52,627 nt of DNA, from NCBI GenBank assembly GCA_046074205.1, contig JBJTNV010000010.1, positions 1 through 52,627 on the forward strand, written 5' to 3'. Under the pieces are notes generated by a model, which was given only the letters and a program-made list of their open reading frames with translations, did not search any database and was not told where the DNA came from. A program made the position numbers and the translations under genes. Source of the stretch: Hydrogenophaga sp. Lineage in GTDB: Bacteria; Pseudomonadota; Gammaproteobacteria; Burkholderiales; Burkholderiaceae_C. Of this stretch, positions 14,306 through 24,029 are shown in pieces. Numbering within the stretch: position 1 is the stretch's first letter; each line of letters begins with the position of its first letter.

Positions 14306-16143
14306 GGCAAGGTTTCCTTGGAACCGGCCGGCTCGGCCACAGGGGCCTGCATCGCAGGCAGCCAGACCTCGAACACCATGCCGCCCAAGCGGCCGGACGC
14401 ATCGACAGGGCGTGCGCGCAAGGCGCCGCCGTGCGCCTCGACAATGGTGCGGCAGATCGGCAGTCCCAGACCCAGTCCGTCGGGCTTGGTGGTGAAAAAA
14501 GGTTCGAACAGGTGGTCTCGCTGCTGGGCGGTCAAGGGCGCCCCCTGGTCCTGCACCGCCAGGCACACCTGACCCGCCTGTACCCCCAGGCGGCAGTGCA
14601 GGGGTGCCTGCTCCATGCCCGCAGAGCGGTGGGCATCCAACGCATTTTTCAGCAGGTTCAGCAGCACTTGCTGCACCTGCTGCGCGTCGACCTGCACCCG
14701 CACGTCCCGGCAGCCAGGGTCCACGTGCAGCTGCACCGGCGGCGCATGCCCCTGCAGACCGCAAAAAAGGGCAATGGCCTCGGCAGCGAGGTCCGCCGGG
14801 TTGCAGGGTCGGCGCTGGGCCACGCGCTTGCGCGCCAGCGCCCGGATGCCCTCCAGGATATGGGCCGCCCGTTCGGCCTCGGCACCCATGTCCTGCAGGG
14901 CCTGCTGCAAGGCCTCGCTGGACAGGCGCTGCTGGGCGACACGCCGCTGAACGCTGGCCGCGTAGTTCGCGATGGTGGCCAGCGGCTGGTTGAGTTCGTG
15001 TCCGAGCGTCGCCGACAGTTCGCCCAGAATGGACAGGCGCGAGAGATGGTCCATGGCCTCCTGGTCTTTGGCTCGCTCACGGGCCAGCCGGTCACGCTCG
15101 TCGAGGCTGCGGGTGAGTTCGGCGGTGCGCCGCCTGACAAGCGCCTCCACACGCAAGGTGTAGCCCAGACCGAGCACCAGCAAGGCCAGCACCGCACCGA
15201 GCACGAACCAGTAGCGACGGGCCAGGGCCTGCAGCCGCGTGGCACGCAGAAAGCGGTAGGGTTCGACCTCAAGCGTTCGCAGGACCTCGTGGACCCGCTG
15301 GTAGTCCGCCGGCACCGACCAGCGCGTGCCCTGGGCGTCGGGCGGCAGGGTCAGAAGACCCAGCGCCACCGCCCGCGCCAGCTCTGGCGGGACGTGGGAC
15401 GCCGCCGCGAACGCCCAGCCCGGATAGAGCGGTGTGGACGTCTGGCAGGGCAGGCGGCTGTCGGCCCGACCGGCCACCACGCGCAGGGCGCCCGCGGCCA
15501 CACGCCCCTCGCGCACCCAGCGCTCGAGCAGACAGGTGCGCAAGATTCCGGCATCGGCCTCCCCCTGCAACACCGCGTCGAGCACACGGGTCATGGGGTA
15601 GCCGGTGAACAGGCGTTGCACAGCGCCCGATTCGGCGTCGACACCCAGACGCACCCACTCGGCCGCCACCAGCTGGTACCCGCCAAAGGCCTCCTCGGCG
15701 ACCGCGGCCACCCGCAGGCCCGCCAAGCCGGCCAGGTGACCGACCGCGGCACGGTCGGCCCGCACCACCACGGCGGAACCCACCGCATGGCCCGGGTCGC
15801 CGCCTTCGGCGGCGGTCTGCGTGGCAATGCGGGTGACACCATGACGCGCTTCCATGACCACGTAATGGCCCGGGTTGGTGATGACGAACGCCAGCCGGCC
15901 CGCACCGAGTTCGCGCTCCATGGCGGACGGGTCCAGCGGGCGCAGGGCCAGACGCTGACCGGGCAAGGCGGCCGACAGCCCATCGAACAGCGGCTGCCAC
16001 TGGCGTTGCGTGTCCTGGTCATCCAGCACGGCCAATACCCCCACGGCAATGGTGGTGGCGCCATCGGCAGAGGTGACCTCCTGACCCATGGCAAGGCCAG
16101 CGCACACCAGCCAGAGAAGACCCGACAACAGCGGTCTGAACAT
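14302..16143 (-). CDS. ttrS: Sensor histidine kinase with PhnD-like periplasmic domain, TtrS-like
   Basis: WQPL, FVITNP, AFGGY, FTGYP, CLLE and [16 protein letters not shown] match motifs recalled for the tetrathionate sensor TtrS; HELNQPL H-box, NLLKNA, FFTTK..GLGLGL. Confidence 0.78.
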   Translation of the reverse strand: MFRPLLSGLLWLVCAGLAMGQEVTSADGATTIAVGVLAVLDDQDTQRQWQPLFDGLSAALPGQRLALRPLDPSAMERELGAGRLAFVITNPGHYVVMEARHGVTRIATQTAAEGGDPGHAVGSAVVVRADRAAVGHLAGLAGLRVAAVAEEAFGGYQLVAAEWVRLGVDAESGAVQRLFTGYPMTRVLDAVLQGEADAGILRTCLLERWVREGRVAAGALRVVAGRADSRLPCQTSTPLYPGWAFAAASHVPPELARAVALGLLTLPPDAQGTRWSVPADYQRVHEVLRTLEVEPYRFLRATRLQALARRYWFVLGAVLALLVLGLGYTLRVEALVRRRTAELTRSLDERDRLARERAKDQEAMDHLSRLSILGELSATLGHELNQPLATIANYAASVQRRVAQQRLSSEALQQALQDMGAEAERAAHILEGIRALARKRVAQRRPCNPADLAAEAIALFCGLQGHAPPVQLHVDPGCRDVRVQVDAQQVQQVLLNLLKNALDAHRSAGMEQAPLHCRLGVQAGQVCLAVQDQGAPLTAQQRDHLFEPFFTTKPDGLGLGLPICRTIVEAHGGALRARPVDASGRLGGMVFEVWLPAMQAPVAEPAGSKETLP

Positions 16144-16415
16144 GCACACGATTGTAGAAAGCCCGACGCGCTGGAGCCCCTTGGGGGAGTCGCCACTCGT
16201 ACCCCGGCAGGCCGCCCATCGCCCTTTGGAGCAGCAAGCCGGCCGCGATCTGGAGCAACGCGAACGAGGGCGAATCCATCGCCACCGGGCGGGAAGGCCG
16301 GCAGGGGATGTTTGCTCCGCTGGCCCGCCTGCCAGACTTTCAGTCGCTGGGCCGAGGACCAGCCCCGGCCATTGGCCGCGTCCCCACGCCATGACCCGCG
16401 TGCGACACTGCCGGC

Positions 16416-17489
16416 ATGAAGACCTTTCACAACCCCTGCCACGCCTTGCATCAGGGGCGCCAGGAAATGTTTCGTGGCCGCATGGTGCCCTGTCATGAGG
16501 TGCCCGCCCGCCTGGACCACGTGCTGGCCGAGCTGCAACGCCGGCCGCTGGGCGATCTGCTCACGCCCGAACGGGATGCCGCCGATCTGGATGCTGCCAT
16601 CAACCGCGTGCACGATGCACGTTACACGCGCTTTCTGGCCGGTGCCTGGGACGAATGGGTGGCCATGGACCCGGCCAATGCACAACGCGATGCGCTGCCC
16701 TCTGTGTGGCCGCTGGCGAACATGGGCCCCCAGGGGCATGCCTTCCGCAGCGACGTACTGCCGCTGAACTTTGCAGCGCGTCTGGGACGGTTCTCGTTTG
16801 ACGCCGGCTCTCCCCTGACCGCCGGCACCTGGGCTGCGGCCCGCGCCGGGGCCGCCTGTGCGCTGGCAGCGGCGCGCGAGGTGGCCAGCGGCGCACGGAG
16901 TGCGTTCGCCCTCACACGCCCCCCGGGCCACCACGCCGGCCCGGACTTCCTGGGCGGCTACTGTTTCCTGAACAACGCCGCCATCGCCGCGCAGGCGCTG
17001 CGCGACAGTGGGCATGCGCGCGTGGCGGTGCTGGACGTGGACTACCACCACGGCAACGGCACCCAGGCCATCTTCTATGAACGGGCCGACGTGCTGACCG
17101 TCTCCATCCACGGCGACCCCATGACCGAATACCCCTTCTTCCTTGGCCATGCCGACGAGCGCGGTGCCCATGCGGGTGAGGGCTTCAACCTCAACTTGCC
17201 ATTGCCGCGCGGCACCGGCGTGGTGGTGTGGCGCCAGGCACTGGAACGCGGCCTGCAGGCGGTGGCCGACTTCGGCGCCAACGCACTGGTGGTGCCCCTG
17301 GGCCTGGACACCTTTGAGGGCGACCCGATTTCGGGCTTCACGCTGCGCACCGCCGACTACGCCGGCGTGGGCGCGGCACTGGCCAGCGCCCGACTGCCCA
17401 CGGTCTTCACCTTCGAGGGTGGCTACGCCGTGGCGGAGGTGGGTACCAACGCGGTCAACCTGCTCGACGGTTTCTCGCGCGCCGCCTGA
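16416..17489 (+). CDS. Histone deacetylase family protein / acetylpolyamine amidohydrolase
   Basis: RPPGHHA, GGYCFLNN, LDVDYHHGNGTQ, FEGGY. Confidence 0.92.
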   Translation: MKTFHNPCHALHQGRQEMFRGRMVPCHEVPARLDHVLAELQRRPLGDLLTPERDAADLDAAINRVHDARYTRFLAGAWDEWVAMDPANAQRDALPSVWPLANMGPQGHAFRSDVLPLNFAARLGRFSFDAGSPLTAGTWAAARAGAACALAAAREVASGARSAFALTRPPGHHAGPDFLGGYCFLNNAAIAAQALRDSGHARVAVLDVDYHHGNGTQAIFYERADVLTVSIHGDPMTEYPFFLGHADERGAHAGEGFNLNLPLPRGTGVVVWRQALERGLQAVADFGANALVVPLGLDTFEGDPISGFTLRTADYAGVGAALASARLPTVFTFEGGYAVAEVGTNAVNLLDGFSRAA

Positions 17490-17495
17490 CGCGGC

Positions 17496-18347
17496 TCACT
17501 GCCGCGCCGTGCGCACGTTGGCAGGGGGCTGCTGCGGATGGCTGCTGCGCCAGGGGTTGATGTCCAGACCGCCGCGACGGGTGTAGCGCGCGTAGACCAT
17601 CAGCTTGGTCGGCTTGCAACGGTGCATCACGTCCATGTAGATGCGCTCGACGCACTGCTCGTGAAATTCGTTGTGGTTGCGAAAACTCACGATGTAGCGC
17701 AGCAGACCGGCCTGGTCGATCTGAGGGCCGGTGTAGCTGATCTGCACACTGCCCCAGTCAGGCTGCCCGGTCACCAGGCAGTTGCTCTTGAGCAGGTGGC
17801 TGGTCAGCGTCTCGGTCACCGGCTGCTCGTCCAGCGCGGCGCTCAGCAGGTCGGGCGCGGGCTGGTACTGCGTGCACTCCACCTCCAGCCGGTCGATGCA
17901 CAGGCCGCCGAGTTCGTGCACCGGCTCGCGTTCAAACGCGTCCGGCAACAACAGTTTCACACCCGCGCCGGCCATCACCGGACCACCCTGCCAGAGGGCA
18001 GCGCTCACGTCGGCGCGGATGCGCTCGCGCACCGCGTCGGCCGATTCGAACGCGGTGTTGTTGAAACTGTTGAGGTAGAGCTTGAAGGACTTGCTCTCGA
18101 CAATGTGCGTGCTCTCGCAAGGGATGGTGACGTGCGCCAGCGCCACCTGAGGCTTGCCACGCGGGTTGAGCCAGCTCAATTCGAAGGCAGTCCAGAGATC
18201 AGCCCCCAGGAAAGGAATGTGACCCGTGATGCCGATCTCGCGCCGCTTCGGTTCGCGTGGCAGGGGAAACAGGAGCGAGGCGTCGTACCGGTCGACATAA
18301 GCCGAGACCTTGCCCAGCTGGGAGTGTTCGGGAGTGTTGGCGTTCAT
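17496..18347 (-). CDS. queF: NADPH-dependent 7-cyano-7-deazaguanine reductase (bimodular)
   Basis: [50 protein letters not shown]; start overlaps the upstream stop. Confidence 0.96.
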   Translation of the reverse strand: MNANTPEHSQLGKVSAYVDRYDASLLFPLPREPKRREIGITGHIPFLGADLWTAFELSWLNPRGKPQVALAHVTIPCESTHIVESKSFKLYLNSFNNTAFESADAVRERIRADVSAALWQGGPVMAGAGVKLLLPDAFEREPVHELGGLCIDRLEVECTQYQPAPDLLSAALDEQPVTETLTSHLLKSNCLVTGQPDWGSVQISYTGPQIDQAGLLRYIVSFRNHNEFHEQCVERIYMDVMHRCKPTKLMVYARYTRRGGLDINPWRSSHPQQPPANVRTARQ

Positions 18348-19057
18348 GGGAAATTGCTTTCGCGCAACCACTTGGTTGCTATCCATTTTTCACCCTCCAG
18401 CACGGGCGCGCCGGCATGCAGCGTGCGCGTGGCCGGCGAAGGGCGGTCGTAACTGAAAAACACCGCGTGGCCACGCTGGGGCATGACCTCCAGGCCGGCA
18501 TCGGGGAAGGTGGTCGCGCCGCCGCGTGGTGGGTCGTTGAGATACATCACCAGGGTGGCCACGCGCTGGCCGCCCTGGCGCAGGTGCGCTGCCGTTCCCG
18601 GCTCGTCCGGGTCGAAATAATCGTGGTGCGGCCTGTACTGCGCACCCGTTCGGTACCGAAGCACCTGCAAACCCTCACCACGTTCCACCGGCCAGTGCAC
18701 CAGCGCAGCGATACGGGCTTCGACCCGCTGCACCAGCGAGGTCTCGCCGCGACTGAAAAACATGCCGTCACTGGTGCGGTCGGGACTGATGTCTCCACTG
18801 CCGGTGTCCGTCGGTACCGTGCGTGAGCGCGCCAGGCGGGGGCGCGCGGCCTCGATCAGGGCCTCACATTCCTGAGCAGACAGAAAGTCCGCCAGTACCA
18901 CCACGCGGGGAAGGTGCAGGTGAGCGATCACGCGCGGACTGCTGTCCGGCAACACCACCTCGCGGGGCGAGCCTTGCAGATCGATGAGCGGCTGCGCGGG
19001 CACCTGCCCAGGCGCACGCACCCTGTGCAACCGTTCAGTGCTGACCGTCTGCGGCAT
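18344..19057 (-). CDS. 2OG-Fe(II) oxygenase, prolyl-4-hydroxylase-like
   Basis: RTSDGMF, LQVLRY, HHDYF (HxD), [15 protein letters not shown]. Confidence 0.9.
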   Translation of the reverse strand: MPQTVSTERLHRVRAPGQVPAQPLIDLQGSPREVVLPDSSPRVIAHLHLPRVVVLADFLSAQECEALIEAARPRLARSRTVPTDTGSGDISPDRTSDGMFFSRGETSLVQRVEARIAALVHWPVERGEGLQVLRYRTGAQYRPHHDYFDPDEPGTAAHLRQGGQRVATLVMYLNDPPRGGATTFPDAGLEVMPQRGHAVFFSYDRPSPATRTLHAGAPVLEGEKWIATKWLRESNFP

Positions 19058-19088
19058 GGCGCTACCCTGGGCGGATGAGAACCGATGC

Positions 19089-19865
19089 TCAGGCGCGCGT
19101 GTCGCGACGGAACACCAGCCGGTCGCCGTCGGACGCGGCGGGCGCGAAACGGTAGCCTTCGAGGTGGAAGTCCCTGAGCTGTTCGACGCGGGTGGCGCGC
19201 TGCTGGAGCGCGAACCGGACCATCAGGCCCCGCGCCCGCTTGGCCATGAAGCTGACCACCTTGTAGCCATCGGCCTTGCGCTCTTCGAACACGCAGGTCA
19301 CCACGCGCGGCGTCAGCACCTTGCGGTCCACCGCCTTGAAGTACTCCTCGCTGGCGAGGTTGATCACCACCGGGGTCTTGTCGGCCTGCGCACGCTGGTT
19401 GAGGTACTGCGCGATCTGCCCACCCCAGAACTGGTAGAGGTTCTTGCCCTTGGGCGTGACCAGACGGGTACCCATTTCCAGCCGGTAGGGCTGCATCCAG
19501 TCCAGCGGGCGCAGCACGCCGTACAGGCCACTCAGGATGCACAGGTGCTGCTGCAGCCAGTCCAGCCCGGCCTCGTCCAGCGTCTTCGCATCCAGCCCGC
19601 CGTACACGTCGCCGTCAAAGGCCAGCACCGCCTGTTTGGCGTTCTTCGCGGTGAACGTCGGCCGCCAGGCCTGGTACCGCGCGGCGTTCAGACCGGACAG
19701 CTGGTCCGACAGGTCCATGAGTTCGGCGATTTCCTGCGGCGACTTCTCGCGCAGCACGGCGATCAGCTCGCTGGCCTGCGGCACGAACAGCGGCTGCGTG
19801 TGGGTGGACACATGGGGCGGCGTCTCGTAGTCGAGCGCCTTGGCCGGGGACAATAGAAACAACAT
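19089..19865 (-). CDS. yaaA: Peroxide stress resistance protein YaaA (UPF0246)
   Basis: LLSPAKALD, ILSGLYGVLRPLD, YRLEMG, NLASEEY, AKRARG. Confidence 0.95.
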   Translation of the reverse strand: MLFLLSPAKALDYETPPHVSTHTQPLFVPQASELIAVLREKSPQEIAELMDLSDQLSGLNAARYQAWRPTFTAKNAKQAVLAFDGDVYGGLDAKTLDEAGLDWLQQHLCILSGLYGVLRPLDWMQPYRLEMGTRLVTPKGKNLYQFWGGQIAQYLNQRAQADKTPVVINLASEEYFKAVDRKVLTPRVVTCVFEERKADGYKVVSFMAKRARGLMVRFALQQRATRVEQLRDFHLEGYRFAPAASDGDRLVFRRDTRA

Positions 19866-20586
19866 GCTGCAGATCCTTTACCGTGACGATTATCTGGCAG
19901 CGGTCCACAAACCGCCGGGCCTGCTGGTGCATCGCACTGGTCTGGACGCGGGTGAAACCCGCTTCGCGCTGCAGCTGCTGCGCGACCAGCTGGGCCAGCC
20001 CGTCTGGCCGGTGCACCGACTCGACAAAGGCACCAGTGGCGTGCTGCTGTTTGCGCTGGACGCGAGCACCGCGCGCAGCCTGGGCCAGGCCTTTGAATCG
20101 GGCGCAGGCCTGCGCAAGACCTACCGCGCCGTGGTGCGCGGCTGGCCCGCCGACGCAGGCCTGATCGATCATCCCCTCAAGCGCATGCCCGACGACATGC
20201 GCACCGAACGCGAAGAGGTGCAGGACGCCGTGACCCGCTTTCGCACGCTGGAGCGTTACGAACTGCCGCTGCCGCAGGGCGGCTTCGCCACCACCCGCTG
20301 CGCCCTGCTGGAACTGCAACCGCTGACCGGCCGGCGCCACCAGCTGCGCCGGCACTGCAAGCACATCGCCCACCCACTCATCGGCGACGCCACGCACGGC
20401 AAGGGGCCTCTGAACCGCGCCCTGGCCACGTTCCTGGGTGAGCAGCGCTTGTGGCTGCACGCGCAGCAGCTGGAGCTGGTCCATCCGGTCAACGGCCAGG
20501 CCCTGTCGCTGCAGGCCGGCACAGGCCCCGAATGGCGCGTCTGGGACCGCTGGCGGCGACCCGGCGCAGCGCTGTCGGTCGAATAA
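19864..20586 (+). CDS. truC: tRNA pseudouridine(65) synthase
   Basis: [45 protein letters not shown]. Confidence 0.85.
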   Translation: MLQILYRDDYLAAVHKPPGLLVHRTGLDAGETRFALQLLRDQLGQPVWPVHRLDKGTSGVLLFALDASTARSLGQAFESGAGLRKTYRAVVRGWPADAGLIDHPLKRMPDDMRTEREEVQDAVTRFRTLERYELPLPQGGFATTRCALLELQPLTGRRHQLRRHCKHIAHPLIGDATHGKGPLNRALATFLGEQRLWLHAQQLELVHPVNGQALSLQAGTGPEWRVWDRWRRPGAALSVE

Positions 20587-20612
20587 AATCAGGGCCCTCC
20601 CGAACACCCACC

Positions 20613-20646
20613 CGACGGCGCCCTGCGGGGCGCCGTCGCATTTTTT
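20613..20646 (+). terminator. Intrinsic terminator-like hairpin between truC and valS
   Basis: CGACGGCGCCC-TGCG-GGGCGCCGTCG followed by CA and T6. Confidence 0.65.
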
Positions 20647-20659
20647 GCGCTCTGCCCCC

Positions 20660-23600
20660 ATGTCCGACGCCCCCGACACCCTGCAGCAACCCGGTCTGAA
20701 CAGCCTGTCCAAGTCCTTCGAGCCGGCCGCGCTCGAAGCCCACTGGGGCCCCGAGTGGGAAAAGCGCGGGTACGGCGTCGCCGGCTTCCGTGGCACCTCG
20801 GCCCCCAGCGCAGACGCCGCTGCGGCCGGCAAGAACTTCGCCATCCAGCTGCCGCCGCCCAACGTGACGGGCACGCTGCACATGGGCCACGCGTTCAACC
20901 AGACCATCATGGACTCGCTCACGCGCTACCACCGCATGAGCGGCTTCAACACCACCTGGATTCCCGGCACCGATCACGCGGGCATTGCCACCCAAATTGT
21001 GGTGGAGCGCCAGTTGCAGGGCCAGGGCATCAGCCGCCACGACATGGGACCTACCCCCGCCGAAGCGCGCAAAAACTTCGTCGCCAAGGTCTGGGAATGG
21101 AAGGAGCAGTCGGGCAACACCATCACCCAGCAGATGCGCCGCATGGGCGACAGCGTGGACTGGAGCCGCGAGTACTTCACCATGGACGACAAACTGTCCA
21201 AAGTGGTCACCGAGACCTTTGTGAAGCTCTACGAGCAGGGCCTGATTTACCGCGGCAAGCGCCTGGTGAACTGGGACCCGGTGCTGATGAGCGCGGTGTC
21301 TGACCTGGAGGTGGAGAGCGAAGAGGAAGACGGCTCGCTCTGGCACATCGCCTACCCGCTGGTGGACAAAGATGGCCGCCTGAAGGCCACCGGGGCACCG
21401 GACCACCTGGCCGTGGCGACCACGCGCCCCGAGACCCTGCTCGGCGACGTGGCCGTGATGGTCCACCCCGAGGACGAGCGCTACAGCGCCCTGATCGGCC
21501 AGTATGTGACGCTGCCGCTGTGTGACCGCGAGATCCCGGTGATCGCCGACGAGTACGTGGACCGTGCCTTTGGCACCGGCGTGGTCAAGGTCACACCTGC
21601 GCACGACGCGAACGACTACGCCGTCGGCCAGCGCCACCAGCTGCCCATCATCGGCGTGCTGCACCTCAACGCCACCATCAACGACAACGCGCCCGAGAAG
21701 TACCGCGGCCTGGACCGCTTCGTCGCGCGCAAGCAGGTCGTGGCCGACCTGGAAGCCGCCGGCCTGCTGGTCGAGGTCAAGAAGCACAAGCTGATGGTGC
21801 CGCGCTGCGCCCGCACCGGCCAGGTGGTCGAGCCCATGCTCACCGACCAGTGGTTCGTGGCCATGAGCAAGGTCAGCGACCAGGACCCAACGGGCAAGAG
21901 CATCGCCCAAAAGGCCATCGACGCCGTGGCCAGCGGCCAGGTGAAGTTCGTGCCCGAGAACTGGGTCAACACCTACAACCAGTGGATGAACCACATCCAG
22001 GACTGGTGCATCAGCCGCCAGCTCTGGTGGGGCCACCAGATCCCGGCCTGGTACGACGAAGATGGCAAGGTTTATGTGGCCCGCAACGAGGCCGAAGCGC
22101 AAGCCAAGGCGCCGGGCAAAACGCTCAAGCGCGACGAAGACGTGCTCGACACCTGGTACTCGTCGGCGCTCGTGCCTTTCAGCACTGTCGGCTGGCCCGC
22201 TGGCGCTGAGGGCGTGGGCTCTGGGGATGGCCGCAGCGACATTGCGAGCAAAGCGAGTGGGAGCAAGGCCGTCTCCAGTGCTCACGACCTCGGCGCCAGC
22301 CACAAGCCACTGAGCGACTACGACCTCTACCTCCCCAGCAGCGTGCTGGTCACAGGCTACGACATCATCTTCTTCTGGGTCGCCCGGATGATCATGATGA
22401 CGACGCACTTCACCGGCCGCGTGCCGTTCAGGGACGTCTATATCCACGGGCTGGTGCGCGACGCGCAGGGCAGAAGATGAGCAAGAGCGAGGGCAACGTG
22501 CTCGACCCGGTGGACCTGATCGACGGCATCTCGCTGGCACCGCTGCTCGAGAAGCGCACCACCGGCCTGCGCAAGCCCGAGACCGCGCCCAAGGTGCGCA
22601 AGCAGACCGAGAAGGAATTTCCCGAGGGCATCCCGGCCTACGGCGCCGACGCCCTGCGCTTCACCTTTGCGGCACTGGCCTCGCTGGGCCGCAGCATCAA
22701 CTTCGACAGCAAGCGCTGCGAGGGCTACCGCAACTTCTGCAACAAGCTCTGGAACGCCACCCGCTTCACGCTGATGAACTGCGAAGGCCAGGATTGCGGC
22801 CTGATGGAGCACACCAAGGCCGACTGCAGCATCGGCGGCAAGGCCCATGGCTACATGAGCTTCAGCCACGCCGATCGCTGGATCGTCTCCCGCCTGCAGC
22901 GCGTGGAAGCCGAGGTGGCCCGGGGATTTGCCGAGTACCGGCTGGACAACGTCGCCAACGCGATCTACGACTTCGTCTGGAACGAGTTCTGCGACTGGTA
23001 CCTGGAAATCGCCAAGGTGCAGATCAACACCGGCAACGCCGCGCAGCAGCGCGCCACGCGCCGAACCCTGATCCGCACGCTGGAAACCATCCTGCGCCTG
23101 GCCCACCCCATCATCCCCTTCATCACCGAAGCGCTGTGGCAGAAGGTGGCGCCGGTCGCTGGTCGCGGTGGCGAATCGGTGAGTGTGGCCGCCTACCCGG
23201 TCAGCCAGCCCGAGCGCATCGACGAGGCCGCCGAAGCCCAGGTGGCCAAGCTCAAGAGCCTGGTGGACGCTTGCCGCACGCTGCGCGGCGAGCTCAACGT
23301 CTCGCCCGCCACCCGGCTGCCGCTGTACGTGGTGGGCGACGCGGCTTTCATGCGCGGCAACGCCGCTGTGCTGCAGGGACTGGCCAAGCTGAGCGAAGTG
23401 AAGGTCTTCGACGACGAGGCCAGCTGGGCCGCCGCCGCCCAGGCCGCGCCGGTCGCTGTGGTGGGCGAAGCCCGCCTGTGCCTGTTCATGGAGATCGACG
23501 TCGCGGCCGAGAAAGCCCGGCTGGCCAAGGAAGCCACACGTCTGGAAAGCGAGATCGCCAAGGCCAACGGCAAACTGGCCAACGAAGCCTTCGTCGCCAA

Positions 23601-23700
23601 GGCCCCGGCCGCGGTGCTGGAACAGGAACGCAAACGCGTGGCCGACTTCGGCGCCACGCTGGCCAAGGTACGCGATCAGCTGGCCCGGCTGGGCCGCTGA
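20660..23700 (+). CDS. valS: Valyl-tRNA synthetase, split by a 1-bp frameshift near 22472 (ORFs 20660-22480 and 22477-23700)
   Basis: [28 protein letters not shown]-[frameshift]-KMSKS, anticodon-binding domain and C-terminal coiled coil. Confidence 0.95.
22199..22300. repeat. 102-bp palindromic element (34-bp imperfect inverted repeats, 34-nt spacer) in frame within valS
   Basis: Arms 22199-22232 and 22267-22300: 28/34 Watson-Crick pairs, 4 G-U pairs, 2 mismatches; spans exactly 34 codons. Confidence 0.85.
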
Positions 23701-23702
23701 GG

Positions 23703-23726
23703 CGACGGCGCACGCCGCTGCCGTCG
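23703..23726. terminator. GC hairpin between convergent valS and tusA-family gene
   Basis: CGACGGC-N10-GCCGTCG; no U tract. Confidence 0.35.
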
Positions 23727-23733
23727 GGGCGCT

Positions 23734-23961
23734 TCAGCGGCGCTTGAGCACGGAAAAGTGTTCCCCGCCCACCGTGTGCTGTTCCACCAGTTCGTTGCCA
23801 GTCTGTTTGGCAAAGGCCTGGAAGTCACGCACCGAGCCACCATCGGTGGAGATCACGCACAGGGTCTGGCCGCTGAGCATTTCGGCGAGCGCCTTTTTGG
23901 CTTTGAGAATGGGCAAGGGGCAATTCAGGCCCCGGCAGTCGAGTTCTTTGTCGGCGTTCAT
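23734..23961 (-). CDS. TusA/SirA/YeeD-family sulfur carrier
   Basis: MNADKELDCRGLNCPLPILKAKKAL (CPxP), 75 aa, AAGGA SD. Confidence 0.92.
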   Translation of the reverse strand: MNADKELDCRGLNCPLPILKAKKALAEMLSGQTLCVISTDGGSVRDFQAFAKQTGNELVEQHTVGGEHFSVLKRR

Positions 23962-24029
23962 GAAAGTGTCCTTGTGCGCGCGGATTCTATGTCTGGTGCC
24001 GCCTGCACCGGCCTGAGAAGGGCTGACGG

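Noticed and set aside
16160-16400. Riboswitch, sRNA or small ORF (16019..16285) between the kinase and HDAC genes
   Set aside because: Only short repeats (CCATCGCC x2, TGGAGCA x2); no recognisable RNA family, and the ORF overlaps the kinase start.
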